30,601 nt of DNA from a virus (Duplodnaviria; Caudoviricetes), in the IMG/VR virus record IMGVR_UViG_3300037157_000005, positions 1 through 30,601 of that record; one strand, given 5' to 3'. Below are positions 26,501 through 30,601 of this stretch, one piece after another. A program made the translations under genes and the position numbers. Under the pieces are notes generated by a model that was not told the DNA's origin, did not search any database, and saw nothing but the letters and a program-made list of their open reading frames with translations. Each line of letters starts with the position of its first letter. The first letter of the stretch is position 1.

Positions 26501-29024
26501 CGCGCATCGCTGGCTGGCGGAACAGAAGCGCATCGGCGAAGCGCGCTACGTGCCCGCCCGCATGCTCAAGCGCGCGCCGCGCGGCTGGACGCAGCTCCCC
26601 GACCCCATCGGCGTGGTGTACGGCAATCCGCGCGTGCCCGTGCGCGAGCTGCTCGACAAGGAAATGATGGGCGGCCTGGAGAAGCAGCTCGCGACGCTGG
26701 GCGTCGACCATCAGCGCGCCGTCAAGATCGGCGGAACCAGGTGGGGCTACGCCGTGGGCGACAAACACATCACCACGCGCTTTGGAGGCCCTGAATCGAT
26801 CCTGATCCATGAGTTAGGTCACATCCTAGACGAACGGTACCACTTAGCCAGTCAGTTAGTAAATGTGAAGCCGTACCGCGAGGAACTGCGCCAACTGGCC
26901 GACGAACGGAAGGACGATCCGAACGACCGCGGCAGCTATCACAAGTACGTGCGCAACGGCCACGAGAAGATCGCCAACATGGTGGCGGCCTGGGTCCACA
27001 ACCGCAAGCGCTTCGAGCGCATCGCCCCCAACAGCTTCCGCTTCTTCAGCCGCTTTGTCGCGGCGCGTCCGGAGCTGGCCGAACTCGGCCGGCTGGAATA
27101 CGGCATGAAGCTGGAGATGCTGCGCAACGAGATCGACACCGGCGGCCTGCTGATTCGCGGCTACTGGTACGTTCCCGCCGGCGCGGCCGTCGTCGCCAAG
27201 AATTACCTCTCCCCCGGACTCTCCCGCAAGGCGTGGTATCGCGGCCTGCGTGGGTTCGCCAATGCCACCCTGCAATTCGCGCTGGGCTTCAGCGGCTATC
27301 ACGCCGGGTTCACCGCGGGCGAGGCCATGGTCTCGCGTCTCTCGGTAGCCATCGAAGCGGCGGCGGCCGGTCAAGGCGAACTGGCGATCGCCAACGCGCT
27401 GAAGGTTCCGGTTTCCGCCGTGTCGAACGTGGTCACCGGCGACAAGATCATTCACGCCTACCTCGAACCGGCCGGCGCCGATCCCGCCATGCTGCGTTTC
27501 GTCGACGCGCTCACTCAGGGCGGCGGGCGCATCAAGATGGACGAACAGTATCGGACGCGCTTCCGCCAGCGGTTCTCCGACGCTTGGGCGAAGTCCGGTA
27601 CCGCGGGCAAGCTGTTTCAGATCGCCAACCCGCTGCACGGCCCGCGCAACATCGGAGCCATCGCCGAGGCCGCCTCGTGGCCGGTCATGGAGTGGCTTGT
27701 GCCGCGCCAGAAAGTCGGCGCGTTCGCCGCGATGGCCGAGCGCATCATGCAGCAGTATCCCGACGCCAGCAAGGAAGAAATGCGCCGCAGGTTCGCGCAG
27801 GCCTGGGACTCCATCGACAACCGTTTCGGCCAGATGGTCTATGACAATCTGTTCTGGGATAAGATGGCCAAAGACCTCGCCATGATCTCCGTCCAATCCG
27901 TAGGCTGGAATCTCGGGACGTTCCGCGAGATCCTGGGCGGCCTGGGCGATTATGGAAAATTCGCCATACAGGCCGCGCGCTACGGCGCCGCGAAGATCGG
28001 CGGGCAGGGCAAGCCGCCCGACGACGACGACGAAGACGGCGCAACTCCCGCAGGCGGCGGAACTAATCCACCAGCCACCAGCCACGAGCCACCAGCCACC
28101 GGCAAGCCCTACGTGCTGCCGCCGGAAGTGACGCCGCGCATGGCTTACGTGCTGGCGCTTCCGATACTCACCGGCATGGTGGGCGCAGTGACCACTTACC
28201 TCAACACCGGCGAGGGACCGAAGGACTGGCGCGACTATTTCGCGCCTCCGACCGACGCCTCGCGCACGCGCCGTATATCGCTCCCGACTTACATGAAGGA
28301 CGTCATTCATTGGGCCGAGCGTCCCGGCCAGGCCGCGGTGAACAAGATCCACCCATGGCTGCGCACGGCCGTCGAAGGCATGCGCAACGAAGGTTACGAC
28401 GGCACGGAAATCTATAATCCGAAAGACCCGCTGGTGACGAAGGCCGTCGCGCTGGCGAAGCACCAGCTTGGAACCTTCGAGCCTTACGCCGTGAGTAACA
28501 CGCTGCGCTCGCGCGATGCCGGCGACTCACTCGCCATGCAGCTCGCGCCTCAGGCCGGTATCACCCGCGCGCCGAGTTACCTCACTCAGACTGACGCCGA
28601 ACGGCGCATGTCGGAGATTGCCGACGAAGGCCACGGCGGCGCCGCGCGCACGCCGGAACAGGCCGCGCGATCGCGCGCCAAAGGTGAACTGACTCGCCTC
28701 GCGCGAGAAGGCGATCCGCGTGTAGGATCGCGGGCACAAGAGCTGTTCCAAAATGGAACACTTACCGAAAAGGATCTGAGAGACGTCATTCGCGATGCCT
28801 CGAAAGACGCCGACGTACAGCATTTCGAGAGACTCACCGCCGAGCAAGCTATCGAGGTGTACTCAGTCGCCACGCCCGCCGAGAAACAGGCATGGCTGCC
28901 CGACCTGGCGAAGAAGATCACCACCCTGAATCACCGCTCGCCCGCGGAGTTTGAAGCGTTCGAACGCCGCTGGGCTCCGGAGCTGCAAACCGCCATCGCG
29001 GATGCACAGCACGCCACGCAGTAA
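14589..29024 (+). CDS. Giant polyvalent protein (4811 aa): ddrB-like ParB, N6-adenine MTase, Strawberry-notch SF2 helicase, PBECR-type RNase, two HExxH peptidase motifs, large C-terminal domain
   Basis: QPRDR (16362) and SGNGR (16530); LEPSAGT (19509) and NPPF (19698); GDGTGVGKG (21213), DEGH (21549), SAT, GRTHRSN; DLVWG...GYGLAHI-KH...WLLT (24380-24750); HERMH (25224); HELGH (26808). Confidence 0.92.
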   Translation: MADNLTPQDALSDPQFYQLPHETRVAVLQQLDPDFGKLPSEEQGKVIAWGYSQLPSSQATLRPSQNVPRPGESYGQTGSSVHAGNVPLLTEDEPQPTTAPGILPPAAGMPRAGAAQPALPTELQANPAPVMARHGRGQVEAPVPQPNPYNPLDSPATGVQQMVTGVEQSAEPIGAAAHDAMRQSYQDPVALTPELTRQGAGAAYKIGSGALQAAAPLMIPAGIAAQPLKAAATLGISIAGTEATSHGLKAAGVPDEYADLASLVFGVWGAGEFSKIVGGEFPPEITPEAKALAQQTGGIASPDVTPAQAATMAEHMRGAGHPLAANAWDKLNTSKPLPLIVDGQPALLHPPESAPTSTSIQNPDTPWNSPTPVVTGRMPAVRVTDLAGNTIHLDTVSGIDGWLRQKGVIGDIPPQRPAIFGTPSQGLSPEAEEGIAALGQEQQYIQTAAGRVKLPDWWQQAIQDNIAEVRAAQAQHAVNPTAPAAPRPIDTSGVAGTPENAPQVTPAAPPANPQEAPGPTAPPETVPPVPTPRPHVAAANPAAGYPTGDTGTVKTAAGTRADYQWAWLPRTQVLGSHDAQGNPNPDFPQAIQPRDRSRDALQAQVQHIAASLDNEQTGPDPMADRGAMLVAPMSSLGQPNDPRFATVSGNGRKAAFDQLASTGHPNWDGYQQYWADHAEDVGVDPNQVLSNPDGIMTRVLVPHKNLDLARFAAEANQDDKAAMSPVEQAKADAARLAPIMPLFQAAENGEIIHPGNRDFIRAFMQGLPTGEQAGLQTRDGQLSQAGVTRIRNAVFAHAYGADTAALEKLAESPDSNIRNITSGMLQAAPAFASMRHGVASGTLYPGTDLAPDVSAAAAKLSALRESGQTIPDYLKQQGLYGPELTPEAKMLLQAFHAHRASAKRIGAILKNYAAAVEAAGDPKQQGMFGVQSAPTKGELLEAAIHLAAKEPIAPVVEPGTQLLPVEPAGNGAPSDSPGAPEASGQQPAGDGIAAPTGTPEPAEAAGSVSHALPHALAGAKPRYSYGPKQFDLTFADDLDKAAYISAQPKRSKHDADYVKWAREQSGASEQAVRDAGAHVRDHIKAMARSAEPGVLHVPAIAREKLKAPAPSPEPPAPAPVIPPKAPTKGDIPPQVRTRVKWAVDTLNGIAEKLKHAREADRQFGNEGRYEWETWESINDRDKHIAQAKETLALFREMATGKGIDPEALINDLGGIGDYEPSAKGREWGGQKSSAPSPEPPDAPQAVTADEYVASLTGDSKNFAQQWLDHRRGKGPAPDASKFTFTESDGDAIVIRARINARVDQEEQSPVAAPAAKQPLKAGFMVEGQPFAIGKLHYVIAVVNHQGKLLGQAHMFSSGARSDQVAGRNGDGTWHKSGAWIGQQWADAHGAQLEEEYQKIAAHVEPAAATIPPKAPTKMGTPEQRQQVYQMAADALFTWANDVQRQLAQVDWKPQADDTAVAQLRKVIARAEEIEKTVAAPENSPAADALHARLQFARGQLSDLEKRMAAAEPVASEPDLTDKEKAFIDAAYERLRGEGFKDNPDLQRFATEIFGGDRHAGKWNIKQVYDLLEAAVAKYIDSHRQGFTPKAALAEVRALMAKLPRQVDRTAGQEAFQQFSTPPTISLLAAVAAHFGKSDIALEPSAGTAMLAVWAKAAGVAHIETNEIDPHRRAILRYLGFTPTAHDAEQLHNLTETRPTVVVMNPPFSAAGNRGITKDQTVAQRHVEQALHMLVDGGRLVAILPGGRTGMPTEGAALDGGWSNWWEKIAATYNVRANVLLPGKEYSKYGTTYPTRLVAIDKTGATPGGKSAILSTDAADLDAALEIAAQIGSDRPNLAQPGVGPVQPRAGEVSGSGTDVADVSNPDDQGSPRQPGPVGSDRVPGEVEAGKPEPAAAEGSGDRGPGRPEPAGSADSGASGDASPLAGNGLAGALGVSPEDLIDQIAEALGAPAAAAEPSSKPTPAAAPAPKKRIPPKARTKGQKAPAPAPAPVPAPPVNPLKAAAEAAAKRLRDKYLNGAQLNIGLDPADAKDVMVMGASLILDGAHKFKDWSTRMVESFGPLLKAMAAQIGQSVQNLLRDIHQLAAAAAKRFGVEAEATPAAEPEAKQHPAVKLGLNPLAHQQQDVGGGTFTHYVPAKLIGGAPHPAPIVQSAPLAAVDPPDITYLPKFDPALMTDGRISNVQLETIAYAGQRHARKLADGTRAGLFIGDGTGVGKGREIAGIILDNWAQGRKRSIWVSASQDLIEDAQRDLTDLGAAIPIRVVNDWKASAPIDLDAGIVFLTYNSLIGESDDPSDQNAAPKTRLDQLTKWLGDDGVIVFDEGHRMKGAFDDGAGEPTKTGQAGIDLQDHLPNARVVYASATGATEVRNMAYMTRLGLWGDGTPFPQFGNFLARIDQGGVGAMEAVSRDLKAHGAYMARTLSYEGVQYDEVHHHLSDAQKHVYDTAANAWLKVIAKIQDAIVSTHAPGRARARALSQFWATHQLFFKRLITALKVPTAITEIQKALDNHQSVVVSVATTGEAQQKRMLQQARENGSSLDDLDWSPREVLDHLIAQVFPIHANEEYVDPKTGQKKWRPVKDADGNPVIDRVALAQREALRDSLTDVALPGNPIDLLLEKFGPENVAELTGRKERIQANAQTGKKEVAKRKSEGVAAKKNNLAEMAAFQAGKKHIAIISDAASTGISLHADRRAGNQQQRVHIALELKWSADKQLQDFGRTHRSNEMSAPKYVLLSTDLGGDKRFSATIARRLASLGALTQGSRDASAGGEIAKYNFESTYGQQAVTTLLAELARQQSSPREMQVWAIKQNAFKNFGGEGALTARYTGERMREILGLRPDQNLNGIGSPEGRGIIRQLTRRDVTIGDESAAGTYQFTDEVRDATAPAQDGRELLAKIGLMRRNDLTRLPEGNPIPAGVPQFLNRVLSLPVAEQNNLFERFVNLFANAIETAKRQGSFDEGVEDLKNAEAIRVVHSDLAHQADDGAQTWHYHLEIDEKTEPLSWADANQRRSLRDSVDPIRSGRPSGFYKQNRSGNIVLAVNGGTSTNLDSGATSRNYALSRPNGAVERMATAEFDEKYSPVSEEEARRWWNEKYQGVPKIRTRELHLIGGAMLQFWDHLEHAGAHGMHVIRAQADDGQRVVGVEIPNRAVAEVLKALGVGREATDPADVFAALGQGAEIQLAGGLKLRATKVHREDAYEIADAKLADFSTIEAAGAIAERIDGKKRFFIPTEQAAGLPVLKAILDRWPVMRANTGDQLHSRRRGERGPIFEQFRHDEKGATAALVKAQNGEAIGALEDKKFGYGDVDLVWGYKGIAPPEWKQGYGLAHILAKHPWLKNHLQEMFDRMTRAAAHGPERVDLSNERGEHAVLALTWFGREKKTWLLTEYDKPPASERILDGSGNPVSGTSRPTSPLTGGSDTSVTPPKAPVKSDGTLDARRGTSPGSLAPNAPRAVYKRGVVFANPAAVALIHRAEKTHDEWDATLLSAPSAFALRGALMRMSMGNTPDKDALRSLAEMLAEAQKENAEVLLTEVKPGESFASLKSKIRHERMHRAQHALAASGSVRDHVDWDTLLNHPLAGRAAKRLMNDGYPADDPILAAEIGAHLASGPIGWKRMGLSDADAFALYRAYVNLLNATHVKDVNAHLAHVDPRLATIRYGQETAAQPDARSHAGSESESEGLRGGVSEAIPDSGPQQDLFGSADSNAAAEAAGRAKLTADQLTAEFNSPTRGKTKRAPKPVQTSIFDETPEDDQPSLFSRRRQYLDTTQDPATTRSGRVKAQVLEPLADVAHFVHETRDDFRRVFNPAALPQADRAALNLRYQAATQARDYARVERALSKARAYFAGQPWDDNLAFINRIEANEPQPNEQLQQIADVMREALDRYRDAVQGLGTGKLSTFYETYFPHLWQRPAQAVDAFKMIFARRPIEGTKSFLKQRKFQSFQEGVDAGLKPVSENPVDLVLAKTMEMGRYLLAHRWLAEQKRIGEARYVPARMLKRAPRGWTQLPDPIGVVYGNPRVPVRELLDKEMMGGLEKQLATLGVDHQRAVKIGGTRWGYAVGDKHITTRFGGPESILIHELGHILDERYHLASQLVNVKPYREELRQLADERKDDPNDRGSYHKYVRNGHEKIANMVAAWVHNRKRFERIAPNSFRFFSRFVAARPELAELGRLEYGMKLEMLRNEIDTGGLLIRGYWYVPAGAAVVAKNYLSPGLSRKAWYRGLRGFANATLQFALGFSGYHAGFTAGEAMVSRLSVAIEAAAAGQGELAIANALKVPVSAVSNVVTGDKIIHAYLEPAGADPAMLRFVDALTQGGGRIKMDEQYRTRFRQRFSDAWAKSGTAGKLFQIANPLHGPRNIGAIAEAASWPVMEWLVPRQKVGAFAAMAERIMQQYPDASKEEMRRRFAQAWDSIDNRFGQMVYDNLFWDKMAKDLAMISVQSVGWNLGTFREILGGLGDYGKFAIQAARYGAAKIGGQGKPPDDDDEDGATPAGGGTNPPATSHEPPATGKPYVLPPEVTPRMAYVLALPILTGMVGAVTTYLNTGEGPKDWRDYFAPPTDASRTRRISLPTYMKDVIHWAERPGQAAVNKIHPWLRTAVEGMRNEGYDGTEIYNPKDPLVTKAVALAKHQLGTFEPYAVSNTLRSRDAGDSLAMQLAPQAGITRAPSYLTQTDAERRMSEIADEGHGGAARTPEQAARSRAKGELTRLAREGDPRVGSRAQELFQNGTLTEKDLRDVIRDASKDADVQHFERLTAEQAIEVYSVATPAEKQAWLPDLAKKITTLNHRSPAEFEAFERRWAPELQTAIADAQHATQ
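17407..17613 (+). CDS. Candidate nested +1-frame gene in linker after ParB module
   Basis: AGGTGA SD-like 5 nt before TTG 17407 (GTG 17398 and ATG 17497 are alternatives); host frame becomes A/T-rich at codon position 3 while +1 frame reads MVRRLIHLVRLKQ...LPKLPGV. Confidence 0.4.
   Translation: MKPPSISQPKNPSLPSSSQEHNYFPSNRPAMVRRLIHLVRLKQAASSLPAMASPRPQGLPSLPKLPGV
17910..17937 (+). repeat. In-frame heptamer array CCAGCCC/CGAACCC, copy 1
   Basis: CCAGCCC CCAGCCC CGAACCC CCAGCCC; 24 bp identical to 18286-18309. Confidence 0.85.
18285..18309 (+). repeat. In-frame heptamer array, copy 2
   Basis: TCAGCCC CCAGCCC CGAACCC CCAG. Confidence 0.85.
19998..20026 (+). promoter_or_regulatory. Candidate internal sigma70-like promoter for nested gene 20035
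   Basis: GCGACA-N17-GATACT, 8 nt before ATG 20035 (leaderless geometry). Confidence 0.4.
20035..20376 (+). CDS. Nested +1-frame gene (113 aa) in MTase-helicase linker
   Basis: From about 20077 the +1 codons end mostly in G/C and encode an amphipathic helical sequence, while the host frame gives G/P/S/D/R filler with A/T third positions; bias reverts after TAG 20376. Confidence 0.72.
   Translation: MPPTSTPPSKSPPRLEATAQTLLNQVWDLFSLALEKSPDLEQMLPTFQIPTTKAVHDSLDQWDPIAFLAKWKRVNPSLPPRRVAEIADQDDPSLPDLRTVAQAAMQVLSPETD
24747..24836 (-). ncRNA. Candidate ~90-nt antisense structured RNA behind the PBECR nuclease domain
   Basis: Perfect 9-bp terminal inverted repeat (24748-24756 / 24826-24834) extended by G-U pairs on minus strand only; internal UGGUCCCG-GAAA-CGGGAUUA hairpin; begins 7 nt after predicted -10. 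Confidence 0.6.
24843..24871 (-). promoter_or_regulatory. Antisense sigma70-like promoter
   Basis: Minus strand TTGACT (24871-24866)-N17-CACACT (24848-24843). Confidence 0.6.
25555..25746 (+). CDS. Nested +1-frame gene (63 aa) in linker after first HExxH domain
   Basis: GACAAT -10-like hexamer 5 nt before ATG; +1 codons G/C-ending (RDLMRAAKVNPKAFEEEFRKQFP) while host frame uses CGA/GGA/CTT/GTT/AGA. Confidence 0.55.
   Translation: MDKKPPHNPTRDLMRAAKVNPKAFEEEFRKQFPTADLSKTCSDPPTATPQPKPPAEQNSPPTS
28065..28099 (+). repeat. In-frame CAGCCAC heptamer array
   Basis: AATCCAC CAGCCAC CAGCCAC GAGCCAC CAGCCAC encoding NPPATSHEPPAT; same unit as 829-904. Confidence 0.9.
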
Positions 29025-29053
29025 GTCGCGTGGGCTTGCCAATAACCCACTTT

Positions 29054-29644
29054 ATGACGACCGATAAACCTGTGCGCGCGGCGATCTACGCGCGTGTTTC
29101 GACTGACGATCAAAACTGTGAGATGCAATTGACCGATCTCCGCGAGTACTGCCAGCGGCGTGGCTGGGAGATTGTCGCGGAGTATGTGGACACCGCATCC
29201 GGCATCAAAGCCTCGCGCCCGCAGCTCGACCACTTGATGCACGAGGCCGCGACGCGCAAGTTCGACGCCGTGCTGGTGTGGAAGCTGGACCGCTGGGCCC
29301 GCAACCTGGGCAACTTCGTGACTAGCGTTTCGACGCTGGCATCGCTGGGCGTCCGCTGGCTGTCCATCACCCAGAACCTGGACACCGATCAAACGAACCC
29401 CATGGCGCGCTTCATGATCGGCATACTTGCCGTCTTCGCCGAGTTCGAACGCGATATCACGCGGGAGAGATGCCTCGCCGGCATCGCCAAGGCCAAGCGT
29501 AGCCGCGTGCAGTTGGGCCGCCACCTGAAGGTCTTCGACCGGGACCGCGCGCGCGCGCTCAAACGCGCCGGTAGTTCGGTGCGCGAGATCGGCCGCGTCC
29601 TCGGTGTGGGCAAGTCTACCGTCGCGCGCCTGCTGGCCGCTTAG
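29054..29644 (+). CDS. Small serine recombinase (resolvase/invertase family)
   Basis: YARVSTDDQ catalytic motif, D-ASG---RP-L, KLDRWAR, FAEFER--ER--G---AK, C-terminal HTH; ATG 29054 preferred to GTG 29030. Confidence 0.95.
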   Translation: MTTDKPVRAAIYARVSTDDQNCEMQLTDLREYCQRRGWEIVAEYVDTASGIKASRPQLDHLMHEAATRKFDAVLVWKLDRWARNLGNFVTSVSTLASLGVRWLSITQNLDTDQTNPMARFMIGILAVFAEFERDITRERCLAGIAKAKRSRVQLGRHLKVFDRDRARALKRAGSSVREIGRVLGVGKSTVARLLAA

Positions 29645-30111
29645 GCGCCCGCCGCGGCGGCCTTCTCGATTTCGTCGGCCTTCGCCTTAACGAAGCGGTA
29701 GCGCCCGCTGGCAAGCCGCCGGGTGATGCCCTGCGTCAACATCGCCCTATTCGCACTGTAGGCTTGCTGCTTGCGCTCGACGACGCCCCGGTCCATCATG
29801 GCCGCGACAAACTCGCCCGTGCTGAAGTTTCCGAGCACGCGCGCAATAGAGACACCGTGATCCTTGATCGACTCGTTCGCGTTCGCGATCTCTTCGAGCG
29901 ATGGCGCCCGTGGCCCGCTGCGCTTCTGCTTCCGGCTGCCTTTCGCCTGGCCCGACACCTGCCAGTCTGACGCGCCCACCGTCGCGAGGCGGCTCTGACC
30001 GTCGAGCGATGCGCGGAACGCCACGGCCTGCGCCATGCGCGCCTGCAGGCTTGCGATCTCCACGTTCCACACGTCGATCTGCATGTCCAGGTTTTCGAGT
30101 AACGTACTCAC
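29641..30111 (-). CDS. Hypothetical protein, coiled coil plus probable winged-helix DNA-binding domain (156 aa)
   Basis: GTG 30111 overlaps upstream TGA (GTGA), GGAGG upstream; N-terminal heptads, basic linker, C-terminal R---G-YR wing; start revised from 30321. Confidence 0.7.
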   Translation of the reverse strand: MSTLLENLDMQIDVWNVEIASLQARMAQAVAFRASLDGQSRLATVGASDWQVSGQAKGSRKQKRSGPRAPSLEEIANANESIKDHGVSIARVLGNFSTGEFVAAMMDRGVVERKQQAYSANRAMLTQGITRRLASGRYRFVKAKADEIEKAAAAGA

Positions 30112-30332
30112 TTCCCCGCCTCCTTCACCAGCCGGATAAATTCCCCCATGGAACTCACCAGCTTGTCTATGCGCGAATCGAGTAACGCCATCGCCTCCTG
30201 GTGCTGGCGCATCGCGAGGTCGTGCGACTGCAGCCATTCCGAGTGATCCTTGAGCACGCGCCCCTGGCGCGCCTGCAGGCCACCCATCACCGCCATAGCG
30301 TCCTCGACTTCCTTCCTCCATTGTTGCGTCAC
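30108..30332 (-). CDS. Small coiled-coil protein (74 aa)
   Basis: GAAAGGAG SD then GTG 30332; MTQQWRKEVEDAM...LDSRIDKLVSSMGEFIR; start revised from 30500. Confidence 0.75.
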   Translation of the reverse strand: MTQQWRKEVEDAMAVMGGLQARQGRVLKDHSEWLQSHDLAMRQHQEAMALLDSRIDKLVSSMGEFIRLVKEAGK

Positions 30333-30600
30333 GCCTTCACTCCTTTCGTTATACTCATTGCACCATTCTCCTCTCGAGGTCTGCCAGTTTAGCCATGACC
30401 TCGGAATGGTTGCGCTCGACGATGCGGAGCAACTCCTGAAATTGGGCGCGCATCTCGGCGCGCAGCGTATCCTTCGCTTCGCCGACACTCGCCCGCACAT
30501 CGCCGATGCGCGAGTTCGAGTAGATCGGCAGACTCAGCGGCACGATGACCGCCAGCGCCAGGGTCAATAGTTGGATATCGGTCACGCCTTCCCTCCTTTC
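30328..30600 (-). repeat. Duplicated 20-bp translation initiation region
   Basis: GAAAGGAG(G/T)GAAGGCGTGAC at 30600-30581 and 30347-30328, one mismatch. Confidence 0.85.
30355..30585 (-). CDS. Small protein with N-terminal TM helix and coiled coil (76 aa)
   Basis: GAAAGGAG SD then GTG; LLTLALAVIVPL hydrophobic helix, LRAEMRAQFQEL heptads. Confidence 0.8.
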   Translation of the reverse strand: MTDIQLLTLALAVIVPLSLPIYSNSRIGDVRASVGEAKDTLRAEMRAQFQELLRIVERNHSEVMAKLADLERRMVQ

Positions 30601-30601
30601 T

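Larger units (their letters stand above)
1..30601 (+). mobile_element. P22-like podophage/prophage late (head, tail, ejection) region plus resolvase; ends not in window
   Basis: Co-directional tightly packed scaffold-coat-gp4-gp10-gp14-gp7-gp20 order as in P22-like podoviruses; no tape measure or sheath; no host housekeeping genes seen. Confidence 0.9.

Noticed and set aside
925-28463. Long minus-strand ORFs (925-1785, 2056-3261, 13026-14747, 15870-17381, 22818-24359, 26856-28463)
   Set aside because: Antisense shadows of high-GC genes; no motifs, RBS or independent codon bias
28744-28760. LexA box
   Set aside because: Orientation and spacing (TGTTC-N7-GAACA) do not match LexA consensus forms I know, and it lies within a CDS
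29054-29644. Resolvase as tail-fibre invertase or prophage integrase
   Set aside because: No adjacent invertible fibre cassette or paired inverted sites seen; lacks the large C-terminal domain of serine integrases

Overview
GC-rich segment of a temperate-looking, P22-like podophage or prophage late region. The host is possibly Acidobacteriota, inferred only from the heptamer repeats and the small coiled-coil genes. Plus-strand order: tail-fibre-like gene (5'-truncated), small membrane protein, scaffold, P22-gp5-type coat, two tandem gp4-like adaptors, gp10-like tail hub, two paralogous virion proteins split by an inserted dual-frame C5 cytosine methyltransferase, gp14-like GNAT, gp7- and gp20-like ejection proteins, then a 4811-aa polyvalent protein in the gp16 slot, and a serine resolvase. 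The giant protein carries ddrB-like ParB, N6-adenine MTase, Strawberry-notch SF2 helicase, PBECR-type RNase and two HExxH peptidase motifs. Three small minus-strand genes converge on the resolvase. The most interesting signal is a second information layer inside the giant gene. (i) An antisense sigma70-like promoter (TTGACT-N17-CACACT) would start a ~90-nt stem-closed structured RNA right behind the RNase domain, a candidate RNA antitoxin or decoy. (ii) Three +1-frame genes appear nested in inter-domain linkers, with codon bias switching frame, and two have leaderless promoter-like layouts. Also notable: a methyltransferase whose motifs are split over two fully overlapping frames, and a repeated GNRA hairpin upstream of three head genes. 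All family calls come from motif recognition and gene order; no searches were run.
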